Shown: positions 16,722 through 26,586 of the stretch, piece after piece
Position numbering within the stretch: position 1 is the first letter of the stretch
How the letters are laid out: each line of letters starts with the position of its first letter
From: Nostoc sp. PCC 7120 = FACHB-418
GTDB taxonomy: Bacteria > Cyanobacteriota > Cyanobacteriia > Cyanobacteriales > Nostocaceae
DNA: 32,000 nt
Direction: 5' to 3'
Assembly (NCBI RefSeq): GCF_000009705.1
Contig: NC_003272.1
Location: 3,360,001-3,392,000 of the forward strand
The notes under the pieces: generated by a model
Database searches by the model: none
Told to the model about the DNA's origin: nothing
The model's input: the letters and a program-made list of their open reading frames with translations, nothing else
Translations under genes and position numbers: made by a program

Positions 16722-19367
16722 ATGTCAACTCTCGTCATTGTCGAATCTCCAACCAAAGCTCGTACCATTCGTAACTACCTGCCAAAAGACTATCGGGTAG
16801 AAGCGTCGATGGGTCATGTGCGTGACCTACCCCAGTCAGCTAGTGAAATTCCCGCCAGTGTTAAAGGGGAAGCATGGGCGCAGCTTGGGGTAAATGTGGA
16901 CGCGGACTTTGAACCAGTGTATGTTGTCCCCAAAGACAAAAAGAAAGTTGTCACCCAGCTCAAAGAAGCGCTGAAAGATGCTGACGAACTGATTCTAGCA
17001 ACTGACGAAGACCGAGAAGGTGAAAGCATCAGTTGGCATTTATTCCAGTTGCTGAAGCCAAAAGTACCGACAAAGCGGATGGTGTTTCATGAGATTACCC
17101 AAGAAGCCATCAAAAAAGCTTTGAAGGACTGCCGCAACATCGACGAGCAGCTAGTCCGCGCCCAGGAAACACGGCGGATTTTGGATCGTTTGGTGGGCTA
17201 TACCCTCTCCCCTCTGCTGTGGAAAAAAATTGCTTGGGGACTATCTGCGGGACGGGTACAGTCTGTGGCGGTGCGACTGTTGGTAACCAAAGAACGCCAA
17301 CGCCGGGCTTTCCATGAAGGTACCTACTGGGATTTAAAGGCGTATTTGGAGCAAAGCAAAAGTCCATTTACCGCCCAGCTAACCACCCTGGCAGGCACGA
17401 AAGTGGCAACTGGGAGCGATTTTGATGCGTCTACCGGCAGAATTACCGCCGGGCGTAATGTGGTGCTGCTGAGTGAAACAGAAGCAGTTGCTCTCCAAGA
17501 ACGGCTGACTGGTAAACCTTGGAATGTCTCAGAGGTAGAAGAACGCCCAGTGACGCGCAAACCCGCGCCACCCTTTACCACTTCGACATTACAGCAGGAA
17601 TCTAACCGGAAACTGCGCCTGTCAGCAAGGGACACCATGCGGATTGCCCAGAATTTATACGAGCAAGGGTATATTACCTATATGCGTACAGATTCAGTGC
17701 ATTTGTCAGAACAGGCGATCGCAGCTGCTCGCAATTGTGTAGAACAATTATACGGCAAACAATATCTCAGTCCCCAGAAGCGCCAATACACCACCAAATC
17801 CAAAGGCGCACAAGAAGCCCACGAAGCCATTCGTCCGGCTGGTAGCACCTTCCGCACGCCCCAAGAAACCGGTTTAGGTGGTCGAGAACTTGCCCTCTAT
17901 GATTTGATTTGGAAGCGTACCGTCGCCTGTCAAATGGCTGACTCTCGCCAAACCCAAATTACTGTGCAGTTGCAAGTAGAAGACGCTGGTTTCCGTGCTT
18001 CTGGTAAGCGGATTGACTTCCCTGGATATTTACGCGCCTACGTTGAAGGTTCCGATGACCCAGAAGCAGCCTTGGAAGACCAAGAGGTAATTTTGCCCAG
18101 TCTGAAAGTTGGGGATCATCCAGATTGTCAAAATATCGAAGCAGTTGGTCACGAAACCCAACCCCCAGCTAGATACACCGAAGCGACCCTAGTCAAAACC
18201 CTAGAAAGTGAAGGCATTGGTCGTCCTAGTACCTACGCCAGCATTATCGGCACAATTATCGATAAGGGTTATTCCCAATTGGTGAATAACGCCCTCATTC
18301 CCACCTTTACCGCTTTCGCCGTCACCGACTTGTTGGAAAAAAATTTCCCTGATATCGTTGACCCCAGCTTTACCTCCAAAATGGAGCAAACCTTGGATGA
18401 TATTGCTGACGGTGAAGTTGAGTGGCTACCCTACTTAAAGAAATTTTATCTAGGGGATAAAGGTTTGGAAACTCTGGTCAGAGAACGAGAAAGCTTAATT
18501 GATGCCAGTAAAGCCAGAACTGTTGAACTAGAAAACTTAGACGCTAAAGTCCGTATTGGTAAATATGGGCCTTACATTGAAGTGGAAAACGGTGACGGTG
18601 TTGTCACAGCCTCAATTCCTAAAGACTTAACACCAGCTGACCTCGACCCCAAACAGGTGGAAATAATCCTGCGGCAAAAAACCGTCGGGCCAGACCAACT
18701 AGGCCGCCATCCTGAAACCGGCGAACCAATTTACGTGAAAATTGGTGCTTACGGGCCTTATGTCCAGTTGGGTGATAAGTCTGATGAAAATCCCAAACCC
18801 AAACAAGCTTCTCTACCCAAGGGAGTTACCCCAGAAAACATCACCTTAGAGAAGGCTATTGGTTTGTTATCACTACCCCGAACCTTAGGAACCCATCCTG
18901 GTACTGGCGGGAAGATCCAAGCCAGTCTAGGACGTTTTGGCCCTTACGTCGTCCATGACCAAGGTAAAGAAGGTAAAGACTACCGTTCTCTCAAAGCGAG
19001 TGATGATGTTTTAACAATTTCTTTAGAAAGAGCGCTGGAGTTGATATCCGAACCGAAGAAGACCCGTGGTTCTACTAGTAGTAAATCAAAGGCTGCTTTA
19101 CGGGAATTAGGTACACACCCAGAGGATGATGCACCCATAAATATCTACGACGGCCCCTATGGCCCTTATATTAAACACGGTAAGACCAATGTAGGTCTTC
19201 CTGAGGGGACTTCAATGGAAGATGTAACATTAGCTACGGCATTAGAGTTACTATCTGCCAAAACGGCAACGGCTAAAACCACACGCAAAACAAGTAAAAC
19301 CAGTACAACTAAATCCAAATCAACGGCAAAATCATCTAACGCTGCTACGAAAAAGAAGGGGGCGTAA
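16722..19367 (+). CDS. topA: DNA topoisomerase I (type IA)
   Basis: 881-aa ORF with [19 protein letters not shown] and ATDEDREGE, the active-site Tyr region [10 protein letters not shown], four C-terminal G(K/A)YGPY repeats and a basic K/T/S-rich tail. Confidence 0.97.
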   Translation: MSTLVIVESPTKARTIRNYLPKDYRVEASMGHVRDLPQSASEIPASVKGEAWAQLGVNVDADFEPVYVVPKDKKKVVTQLKEALKDADELILATDEDREGESISWHLFQLLKPKVPTKRMVFHEITQEAIKKALKDCRNIDEQLVRAQETRRILDRLVGYTLSPLLWKKIAWGLSAGRVQSVAVRLLVTKERQRRAFHEGTYWDLKAYLEQSKSPFTAQLTTLAGTKVATGSDFDASTGRITAGRNVVLLSETEAVALQERLTGKPWNVSEVEERPVTRKPAPPFTTSTLQQESNRKLRLSARDTMRIAQNLYEQGYITYMRTDSVHLSEQAIAAARNCVEQLYGKQYLSPQKRQYTTKSKGAQEAHEAIRPAGSTFRTPQETGLGGRELALYDLIWKRTVACQMADSRQTQITVQLQVEDAGFRASGKRIDFPGYLRAYVEGSDDPEAALEDQEVILPSLKVGDHPDCQNIEAVGHETQPPARYTEATLVKTLESEGIGRPSTYASIIGTIIDKGYSQLVNNALIPTFTAFAVTDLLEKNFPDIVDPSFTSKMEQTLDDIADGEVEWLPYLKKFYLGDKGLETLVRERESLIDASKARTVELENLDAKVRIGKYGPYIEVENGDGVVTASIPKDLTPADLDPKQVEIILRQKTVGPDQLGRHPETGEPIYVKIGAYGPYVQLGDKSDENPKPKQASLPKGVTPENITLEKAIGLLSLPRTLGTHPGTGGKIQASLGRFGPYVVHDQGKEGKDYRSLKASDDVLTISLERALELISEPKKTRGSTSSKSKAALRELGTHPEDDAPINIYDGPYGPYIKHGKTNVGLPEGTSMEDVTLATALELLSAKTATAKTTRKTSKTSTTKSKSTAKSSNAATKKKGA

Positions 19368-19374
19368 GGTTAAT

Positions 19375-19434
19375 GGTCAACAGTCAACAGTCCAAGATTT
19401 TCGACTATGGACTAATGACCAATAACCAATGACC
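19375..19434. repeat. Short STRR-type heptamer runs (TCAACAG x2; CAATGAC/CAATAAC x3)
   Basis: GGTCAACAGTCAACAGTCC and TAATGACCAATAACCAATGACC read directly, just downstream of topA. Confidence 0.6.
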
Positions 19435-19637
19435 GCCCTTAGATGCAGTCCGATAGGTTGCTAATGTGATACTCTAAAAAGTAAGAGAGATAACAACACG
19501 AAAATTTTAAAATTAGCCTGCGACTGCAATACAGAATTGTGTATGAGTTCGGTTGTAGGCCAGAGGTGCAAAATTACGCCAGTTTCTGCGTAGCTGTTAG
19601 TCAAAATTGAGGTAGTATCTCAGGAGCGGTCAGTTTA

Positions 19638-19808
19638 ATGGACTATATAGAAAAGGTACTGGAAAAGCTGAAAGAATTGGCACGAAAGCTAATTGAGTCC
19701 TTACTAGGACCAGAAGCAGAGCCGGAACCGGAGCTAATTCCGATTCCTGTAAACGATCGCCACCGCCGGGGGGGAGCATCGTCGCTCACGTCGTCGCTAA
19801 AAGCCTGA
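19638..19808 (+). CDS. Candidate 56-aa small protein (below the ORF-track cutoff)
   Basis: ATG 19638 to TGA 19806-19808 encodes [56 protein letters not shown]. It has an amphipathic helix plus a P/E-rich tail and ends 12 nt before aroQ. The listed antisense ORF 19643..19831 looks less protein-like. Confidence 0.4.
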   Translation: MDYIEKVLEKLKELARKLIESLLGPEAEPEPELIPIPVNDRHRRGGASSLTSSLKA

Positions 19809-19819
19809 AGGTACGAAAC

Positions 19820-20269
19820 TTGACAGTGCAACCTCTAAGTATTTTGGTGCTGCACGGGCCAAACCTAAATTTGCTGGGAAAAAGAGAACCAGGAGTTTAT
19901 GGCTCCACAACTTTGGCTGAGATTAATAGCTTATTGGCAGAAGCAGCCCTCAAGTTACAGGCAAAAGTGTTTCCCCTACAGTCCAATCATGAAGGCGTGT
20001 TAGTAGATGCTATTCATGAGGCGTTGGGGAAACATCAGGGAATTTTGATTAATGCAGGAGCTTATACCCATACCAGCGTAGCTTTACGAGATGCGATCGC
20101 TGCTGTAAATTTACCCACAGTAGAAGTCCATCTCAGTAATATCTATCGCCGAGAAGATTTCCGCCATCATTCCTACATCGCCCCCGTAGTTATTGGTCAA
20201 ATTAGTGGCTTTGGTGTGCAAAGCTATTTATTAGGATTGCAGGGGTTAGTGGCGCATTTGAAGGGATGA
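19820..20269 (+). CDS. aroQ: Type II 3-dehydroquinate dehydratase
   Basis: Contains [36 protein letters not shown] and EVHLSNI. The start may be GTG 19826 rather than TTG 19820. Confidence 0.93.
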   Translation: MTVQPLSILVLHGPNLNLLGKREPGVYGSTTLAEINSLLAEAALKLQAKVFPLQSNHEGVLVDAIHEALGKHQGILINAGAYTHTSVALRDAIAAVNLPTVEVHLSNIYRREDFRHHSYIAPVVIGQISGFGVQSYLLGLQGLVAHLKG

Positions 20270-20407
20270 AATGGAGAGCAGGGGGTGAGAAAGAATCTAT
20301 TTATGAAAAAAAGTTAGGTTTAAAACCTCGCTTAAACTCAGCACTTTTCCTGTTAAAAAAGTTAAAAGTAAAAAGGTAGAATAACTTGCTTTTAACTTTT
20401 TAAGATT

Positions 20408-21343
20408 ATGCGCTACTCGTTGGTTAGTAGGTTTAAGGGTGCTTTTGTTGGAGGAGTATTAGGGGAAAATTTGGCTAAGGGTGGAGTAAAGAATAACAGC
20501 GAACGTTCCTCCAACTTTGCTAGAAGTATTATTCCTGGTACTGAAAGTTTAATTAAGCTGGGAAATCTAGATATAGATGAGTGGCTAGCACTTTATCAAA
20601 AAGAATTTATTGCTTCATCTGCAACCTCAGGTATCAAAAACAATACAATTTTTGCCACAATCCCAGTAGCGCTTTTTTTTCATGAAAATCCTGTGAAACT
20701 GCGTCAAAATTTGGCGCGGGTGTCAAATATCTGGGATGATGCTCTAGTTGTTCGTGATAGTACACTAGCAATAGGGTATGCGATCGCTCAATCACTGACA
20801 GAAAAGCTGCACCTCCACACCCTGATACCGCAAATAATCTCTTTTATTGGAGAAACCAAGACATTACTTCCACAAAAATTATTAATAATACACAAACTGT
20901 TAGAAGAACAGGCCGGTTTAGAAAGACTACAAGCTGAGTTGAGTAGAGAAGAGAAACTTTCTTATGCTACTGCTGTGGCATTTTATTGCTTTCTCAGCAC
21001 CTTGGAAGACTTTCGTTTCTCAGTTTTGCGTAGTTTGCAACTAGAATCTATTCACTCACAGACAATAACAGCTATTACTGGTGCTTTGTCTGGAGGTTAT
21101 AACAGTACTGTAGGTATTCCTGCTAATTGGCAGACTTCACTTTTACCAACTAACTCAGCAGCCAACGAAGAAACCAACCTCTGGCAGATGCTAGAATTGG
21201 CCGATGCTCTTGCTGCGGTGTGGTCGGGGGTGTATAATCTTCCCCTACATTCCAGAGAGTTTTCAGAATCAGGGTTTATCATGCTTAATCAACCGGTTCC
21301 ATTTTCTGTTTATGCAGCGCCTCACATTATTCGAGGGCGTTAG
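20408..21343 (+). CDS. ADP-ribosylglycohydrolase (ARH/DraG)-fold protein lacking the canonical metal-binding aspartates
   Basis: The N-terminal RFKGAFVGGVLGENLAKG aligns with ARH G-x-x-x-G-D-A-L-G (D replaced by E). The C-terminal SIHSQTITAITGALSGGYNSTVGIPANW aligns with GGDxDTxxAxxGxxxGAxxGxxxIPxxW, with GGDxDT replaced by SIHSQT. Confidence 0.6.
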   Translation: MRYSLVSRFKGAFVGGVLGENLAKGGVKNNSERSSNFARSIIPGTESLIKLGNLDIDEWLALYQKEFIASSATSGIKNNTIFATIPVALFFHENPVKLRQNLARVSNIWDDALVVRDSTLAIGYAIAQSLTEKLHLHTLIPQIISFIGETKTLLPQKLLIIHKLLEEQAGLERLQAELSREEKLSYATAVAFYCFLSTLEDFRFSVLRSLQLESIHSQTITAITGALSGGYNSTVGIPANWQTSLLPTNSAANEETNLWQMLELADALAAVWSGVYNLPLHSREFSESGFIMLNQPVPFSVYAAPHIIRGR

Positions 21344-21495
21344 AGAGGAAGAAGCAGGGAGCAGATCAATTCAAAATTAGAAGTAATAACTCTCTATCTA
21401 CTCATAACTTACTTATTCCCTAATCCCTGAAGAAATTCGTAACCGTGGAAAAAGCTCGTTGCATCAGCTTTTGAGCCTGAGAGACCTAGCAAAAA

Positions 21496-24018
21496 ATGGC
21501 AAAATCGTTCAAAAAGAAAAGTTGGGTAGATGCAGCAAATCTGGGCTGGGTGCATGAACAGCGTTCATCCGTTGTTTTGGCGATCGCAGTTGTTTCTCTT
21601 ACGGGAATAATCGGTCATAAGTTATACAATCAACCAAAGCTGAAAATAGGGACTGTTGCACCCCAAACGATTAAAGCGCCTCATACTGCTAGTATCGAAA
21701 ATAAAAAGCGTACTGAAGTTGAGCGCAAAGCAGCTAGTAAAAGTTCGACACCAGTGTTAATGGTCGATGCCAAAATCACAGCACAAATCGACCAAAACTT
21801 AGAGAAAATGCTGGAGCAGGGGAACGAAATTCGCATATCTGCTGGTTCTTTCCCTTTTTATGATACTTCAGTCCTGTCCTTATCTAGCCAGCATTACCTG
21901 CGCTCTTGTTCTGATGCAGAATGGCAAATGATGCTGATGGCTTTAGAAAATACGGGTCAAAAAAGGTTGGGATTGTTCTTAGAAAAACCCAGGACTCGCC
22001 TGCACAAACAAGAAAATTCCCAGAATTTCCCGAATACGAAAACACAAACTTCTTTAGTATTTCCCCCTCCGACAGTTTCCCTCAGTCAGGAAAGTCCAGT
22101 TCTAGGTATTTCTATTGACGCTGGTCAACCAGAGGAAAGTATATCTTCCCCAAAAACACAAAATCCTGAAGTCTCTACAAACACTCAGTTTGTGCAAGCG
22201 TTGGCAGAATTAGCTACTTTTCGGATGACAACTGCCAATCAAAATTTGCCTAGACTCATCAACCAAATTACTCAAGCAAGGGAAGCTTATGCCCAAGCTA
22301 GAGTCCAAATTTTACACGTAGATACAATTACAACACAGACAATTTATCACGAAACTGTTCTCCTGGAATTGTCAGATTATGAATGGACTCAAACACAAAA
22401 GGGAATCCGCCAAGGTGCAGAACGGATTTTAGCCCAAGGTATTCCTGCGGGTTTACCCCAAAGTGTTTTACAAAATGCCGTAACTTTGCAAGTGCAGGCT
22501 TTTGTCCCCAAAAATGCGGAATCTTTAGCGACTAAACTATTGTTGGCTGTACTGGAACCAAATCTGAAGAAAGATGAGGAACAAACCAGAAAATACGCTC
22601 AAAAAGCCGCATCTGTTATTGAACCTGTGATGGTAGAGGTGAAACGAGGTGCAATTATCGTTAACAAAGGGAAGGAAATTACTGAGTGGGATTTTGAGGT
22701 ATTAGATCATTATCAACTGATTAGCCGAGAAAATAACTGGTTAGCCTTGCTGAAATTAGGCGGTTTGGTGACAGGGGGAATTTGTATATTTGCTCTAGTC
22801 GAAACTCGGAGTAAATGCCCACTTAGACAACGCGATCGCCTGTTAGTTTTATTACTTACCTTGAGTACGCCAGGAGTCCTGGCAATGGGTGTACCCTACA
22901 CGACTTGGAGCGCTGTCGGTTTGCTGTTGGGTAGCTTCTATGGCCGGGAGTTGAGTATGACAGTTATCGGCTTACTCCTGTTCATACTACCCATGAGTAT
23001 GGAAATTAGCACCATTGGGCTAGTAGCTGGTGCGGCTGGGGGAATTTTAGGTAGTTACATCGCCCACAGATTGCGATCGCGTGAGGAATTAGCGCTTTTG
23101 GGTGGGGCGATCGCTCTTACTCAAGGTGGCGTTTACCTACTAATGAAAGTCCTGATTGGTGCGGCTTTTGGCTCCTCCTGGTATCTCATCCTCCAAGAAG
23201 CAGGGTTATTTACTTTATCTGGGCTGGCTTGGAGTGTGGTGGCTTTGGGCTTAAGTCCTTATTTAGAAAAGCTATTTGATTTAGTTACCCCCATTCGCTT
23301 GGCAGAATTAGCAAATCCCAATCGACCTTTATTAAAACGGTTAGCGACAGAAACACCAGGGACATTTCAACACACCCTATTTGTGGCAACCCTGGCGGAA
23401 GCTGCGGCGAAACACCTGGGATGTAATGTGGAATTGGTGAGGGCTGGGACTTTGTATCACGATATTGGCAAAATGCACGACCCCCTGGGCTTTATTGAAA
23501 ACCAAATGGGGGGGCCAAATAAACACGAAACGGAAATCAAAGACCCGTGGAAGAGTGCAGAAATTATTAAAAAGCACGTCAGTGAAGGCTTGGTAATGGC
23601 GCGCAGACATCTTTTACCCACAGCGATTCAAGCTTTTATCCCCGAACATCAAGGGACGATGTTGATTGCCTATTTTCATCATCAAGCAGAACAGATGGCA
23701 CAGGCAGATCCTAACATTGTCGTCAAGGAAGTGGATTTTCGCTACGACGGCCCGATTCCCCAATCGCGGGAAACGGGAATAGTGATGTTGGCTGATGCTT
23801 GTGAAGCTGCACTGCGATCGCTCAAGGATGTAAATACTGAACAGGCATTAACTGTACTAAATAATATTCTCCGCGCTAGATGGCAAGACAATCAACTCAT
23901 TGATTCCGGTTTAACACGGGAAGAAATGTCACAAATTGCCGAAATCTTTGTAGAAGTTTGGCAACAGTTTCATCATAAACGCATTGCTTATCCCAAGATG
24001 AAGTCTGGTAAGGGGTAA
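21496..24018 (+). CDS. 7TM receptor with intracellular HD hydrolase domain (PgpH/YqfF-like; candidate cyclic-di-AMP phosphodiesterase)
   Basis: 840-aa ORF with one N-terminal TM, a long extracytoplasmic region and a ~7-helix block (aa ~415-600). The HD domain shows FQHTLFVATLAEAAAKHLG...LYHDIGK...IPEHQGT. Confidence 0.85.
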   Translation: MAKSFKKKSWVDAANLGWVHEQRSSVVLAIAVVSLTGIIGHKLYNQPKLKIGTVAPQTIKAPHTASIENKKRTEVERKAASKSSTPVLMVDAKITAQIDQNLEKMLEQGNEIRISAGSFPFYDTSVLSLSSQHYLRSCSDAEWQMMLMALENTGQKRLGLFLEKPRTRLHKQENSQNFPNTKTQTSLVFPPPTVSLSQESPVLGISIDAGQPEESISSPKTQNPEVSTNTQFVQALAELATFRMTTANQNLPRLINQITQAREAYAQARVQILHVDTITTQTIYHETVLLELSDYEWTQTQKGIRQGAERILAQGIPAGLPQSVLQNAVTLQVQAFVPKNAESLATKLLLAVLEPNLKKDEEQTRKYAQKAASVIEPVMVEVKRGAIIVNKGKEITEWDFEVLDHYQLISRENNWLALLKLGGLVTGGICIFALVETRSKCPLRQRDRLLVLLLTLSTPGVLAMGVPYTTWSAVGLLLGSFYGRELSMTVIGLLLFILPMSMEISTIGLVAGAAGGILGSYIAHRLRSREELALLGGAIALTQGGVYLLMKVLIGAAFGSSWYLILQEAGLFTLSGLAWSVVALGLSPYLEKLFDLVTPIRLAELANPNRPLLKRLATETPGTFQHTLFVATLAEAAAKHLGCNVELVRAGTLYHDIGKMHDPLGFIENQMGGPNKHETEIKDPWKSAEIIKKHVSEGLVMARRHLLPTAIQAFIPEHQGTMLIAYFHHQAEQMAQADPNIVVKEVDFRYDGPIPQSRETGIVMLADACEAALRSLKDVNTEQALTVLNNILRARWQDNQLIDSGLTREEMSQIAEIFVEVWQQFHHKRIAYPKMKSGKG

Positions 24019-24070
24019 TTGGATCGTTAAGCTAATACGCGCCTAAATTGCATAAATACTAATCAGGGCT

Positions 24071-24126
24071 GTTGAGTGTTGACTGTTAACTGTTAACTGT
24101 TGACTGTTGACTGTTGACTGTTGACA
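24071..24126. repeat. STRR heptamer array (GTTGACT/GTTAACT x8)
   Basis: GTTGAGT GTTGACT GTTAACT GTTAACT GTTGACT GTTGACT GTTGACT GTTGACA read directly. Confidence 0.85.
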
Positions 24127-24330
24127 TTACTCACGATGGATTGTGCAATTCAAAAGCAGAATATGTTGATTGAAACTATCAAAACATTTACTCATTGGTA
24201 TTAATCCAAGGGGTTGCTTTTTTATTTTGATACATATATGCTAACAAATCTACATACAGCATTATCGTAAGCAAATGTAATTTATTACACTTTCTACGTC
24301 AAATCATTGACAATTTTCTTGATCGCCACC

Positions 24331-24379
24331 GTTAACTGCTGACTGATGACTATTAACCGTCAACTGTCAACTGTCAACG
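24331..24379. repeat. STRR heptamer array (GTCAACT-type x7, degenerate)
   Basis: GTTAACT GCTGACT GATGACT ATTAACC GTCAACT GTCAACT GTCAACG read directly. Confidence 0.8.
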
Positions 24380-24468
24380 TGAAATCCTATACCCTTTTAG
24401 GGATGGGATGAGCTTAAAGTTATAGATTTACGTCAGTATTTCATTGTGAAGAGTTAATTTTATCACCA

Positions 24469-26418
24469 ATGAGTTTATTATCTAATTTGCCAGAGTCTAC
24501 TAATATATCCCATATATCCCGTCGCACCCTTTTAAAGGTGTTTGGTGTTGGTGCAGTCGCAGGAGTAACAGGATACTCTCGGTTTACCAAGCCCAAGCCA
24601 ACGGTATTTCAAAAAGATACCTTGAGTTTGCCACGGTTACTGAATCAAGCAAAAAGTGTCATAGTTATCGGGGGTGGTTTAGCGGGTTTAGCTTGTGCGT
24701 ATGAATTGAGTCAACGGGGGTTTACAGTCACACTGATAGAAAAATCACCCCAACTCGGTGGTAAAATTGCTAGCTGGCAAATAGAAGCCGTGGGCGAAAC
24801 CTTCATGATGGAACATGGCTTTCATGGCTTTTTTCCCCAGTACTATAATTTGAAAAGTATAGTTGCAGAACTGGGAATAAATGAGAATTTCCAATCATTA
24901 AACTTTTATTCAGTTGTCTATCGAGGAGATCAATACAAACCAGAGGTTTTTCGTCCCAGTCATTCAGCATTTCCTTGGAATATTGTAGACTTAGCGATCG
25001 CCTCTCCTAATCGCTTCCAATGGGGAATTAATTTAACGAAGATTAAACACCTACAAGTATTTCAAGCCATCACAGGTTTTCAGCGAGAAAAGAATTATCA
25101 ACGCTTTGATAATATATCCGTGGCTGATTGGGTGAAAACGGAATTTCCCCAAGGTTTATATGATTTGTATTTTCTCCCATTTGCTAAGTCTAGCTTGAAC
25201 GCACCAGATACGATGAGTGTGGGAGAATTAATGCAATTCTTCCATTTTTATTTTTTTGGCAATCCAGAAGGACTGGCTTTTAATGGTACGAAAGATGATA
25301 TGGGGACAAGTTTAGTCCAACCCATTGCCAAGAGTGTGAAAAATAAGAGTGGGACAATTATCACTGATGCTACGGTGAGTGAAATTATTGCCAAGGATGG
25401 TAAAATTCAAGGCTTGAAATATTATGTTGGCAATAATCAAAATAATGCCCCTTTTTGGGTAAAACGTAACTCAGTTATTACTGAAGAAAAAACAGAATAT
25501 TTTGGTGCTGCTGATGAAGTATTTGCTGTAGAATCTGGTAGCGAAACAGCAATTTCTCTCACTTGTACTCATCAAGGTTGTACTGTGAAAAAATCCACAG
25601 ATGGTAAATACCGTTGCCCTTGTCATGGGGCTGAGTTTGCGGCTGATGGTAAAGTGTTGAAGGGGCCAGCCAAGCGGGATTTACAAAAGTTGCAGGTTGT
25701 ACAAAAACAAAATGATGAATTGCAACTGCTAGCTACAACCAATGATGCACCCTTACCAGAGACAATCACCGCAGATTATTACGTGTTTGCTACCGATGTA
25801 CCTGGAGTGCAACAATTATTTAAGCATATTAGTGGTGATGTAGATCAAACAGTGCGATCGCAAGTGGAAAACTTGAGTATCGCTGATCCTTTTGCTGTGT
25901 GTCGTTTCTGGTTTGATCAAGATTTTGAGTGGGAACAAAGTAACTTTACTTCCTTATCTGGCTATCAGTTAACCGACAGCATCACCTTATATCACCGCAT
26001 TCAGCAACAATTTATTGATTGGTCAAAAAAGACTGGTGGTAGTGTAGTGGAGTTACACGCCTATTGTTACAAAGAAAAAGAATTTCCCACCCAAGAAGCT
26101 TTGTTAACTACCTTTGAAAACGAATTATATGAGATAGTCCCCCAGTTGAAGCAAGCAAAACTCCTGCATCGGGAATTAGTGAATCAACATAACTTTTCTG
26201 GCTATCCACCAAATAGTTATGGAGAACGTCCAGAAACCAGTACAAACATTTCTAACTTATTATTTGCTGGTGATTGGGTAAAAATGCCTTTTCCCTGCGG
26301 CTTAATGGAACGCGCCGTCAGTAGTGGTTTAATCGCAGCTAATGAGATTTTACACCGAGAAGGTTTGCAGAGGCGATCGCTTTTATCGGTGAATCCAGAG
26401 GGTTTGTTGCAGATTTAA
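24469..26418 (+). CDS. Tat-signal FAD-dependent (amine-oxidase/phytoene-desaturase-like) oxidoreductase with an embedded Rieske [2Fe-2S] domain
   Basis: Twin-arginine motif SRRTLLKVFGVGAVAG. Dinucleotide-binding motif VIVIGGGLAGLACAYELSQRGFTVTLIEK. Rieske boxes CTHQGC and CPCHGA (DNA 25564-25629) lie in the middle of the FAD fold. Confidence 0.85.
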   Translation: MSLLSNLPESTNISHISRRTLLKVFGVGAVAGVTGYSRFTKPKPTVFQKDTLSLPRLLNQAKSVIVIGGGLAGLACAYELSQRGFTVTLIEKSPQLGGKIASWQIEAVGETFMMEHGFHGFFPQYYNLKSIVAELGINENFQSLNFYSVVYRGDQYKPEVFRPSHSAFPWNIVDLAIASPNRFQWGINLTKIKHLQVFQAITGFQREKNYQRFDNISVADWVKTEFPQGLYDLYFLPFAKSSLNAPDTMSVGELMQFFHFYFFGNPEGLAFNGTKDDMGTSLVQPIAKSVKNKSGTIITDATVSEIIAKDGKIQGLKYYVGNNQNNAPFWVKRNSVITEEKTEYFGAADEVFAVESGSETAISLTCTHQGCTVKKSTDGKYRCPCHGAEFAADGKVLKGPAKRDLQKLQVVQKQNDELQLLATTNDAPLPETITADYYVFATDVPGVQQLFKHISGDVDQTVRSQVENLSIADPFAVCRFWFDQDFEWEQSNFTSLSGYQLTDSITLYHRIQQQFIDWSKKTGGSVVELHAYCYKEKEFPTQEALLTTFENELYEIVPQLKQAKLLHRELVNQHNFSGYPPNSYGERPETSTNISNLLFAGDWVKMPFPCGLMERAVSSGLIAANEILHREGLQRRSLLSVNPEGLLQI

Positions 26419-26425
26419 GGATTAT

Positions 26426-26458
26426 AGATACCCGACTTTTTCAAAAAGTCGGGTATCT
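26426..26458. terminator. Near-perfect 16-bp inverted repeat AGATACCCGACTTTTT / AAAAAGTCGGGTATCT, a likely bidirectional terminator
   Basis: Read directly, 8 nt after the stop of the Rieske/FAD gene. The T-runs are part of the structure. Confidence 0.65.
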
Positions 26459-26485
26459 GCATCTTTTGTAGATCCCTAAGCAATA

Positions 26486-26584
26486 TCATTCTTGCTCTAA
26501 AATTCTTTCTATATCTTGCCCTGCATAAAGAATGCGTATAATTTGAATGCTCTCTTAAATTAAATATAAACGAATAATACTCAT
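26486..26584 (-). pseudogene. Decayed remnant of a DUF5615/PIN-like (Mut7-C type) toxin gene partnered with DUF433
   Basis: An ATG lies 2 nt after the DUF433 stop and reads MSIIRLYLI*ESIQIIRILYAGQDIERILEQE*. The start resembles the M-x-I-(K/R)-L-Y-L-D-E-D N-terminus I recall for DUF5615 proteins. It is interrupted by TAA at codon 10, and the rest of the gene is absent. Confidence 0.4.
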
Positions 26585-26586
26585 TT

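Noticed and set aside
16814-18389. Minus-strand ORFs inside topA (16814..17029, 17110..17367, 17324..17638, 18201..18389)
   Set aside because: These are shadow ORFs antisense to an unambiguous topoisomerase I gene.
21097-23610. ORFs 21097..21282-, 21921..22118+ and 23377..23610-
   Set aside because: They are embedded in or antisense to the ARH-like and 7TM-HD genes, with no independent support.
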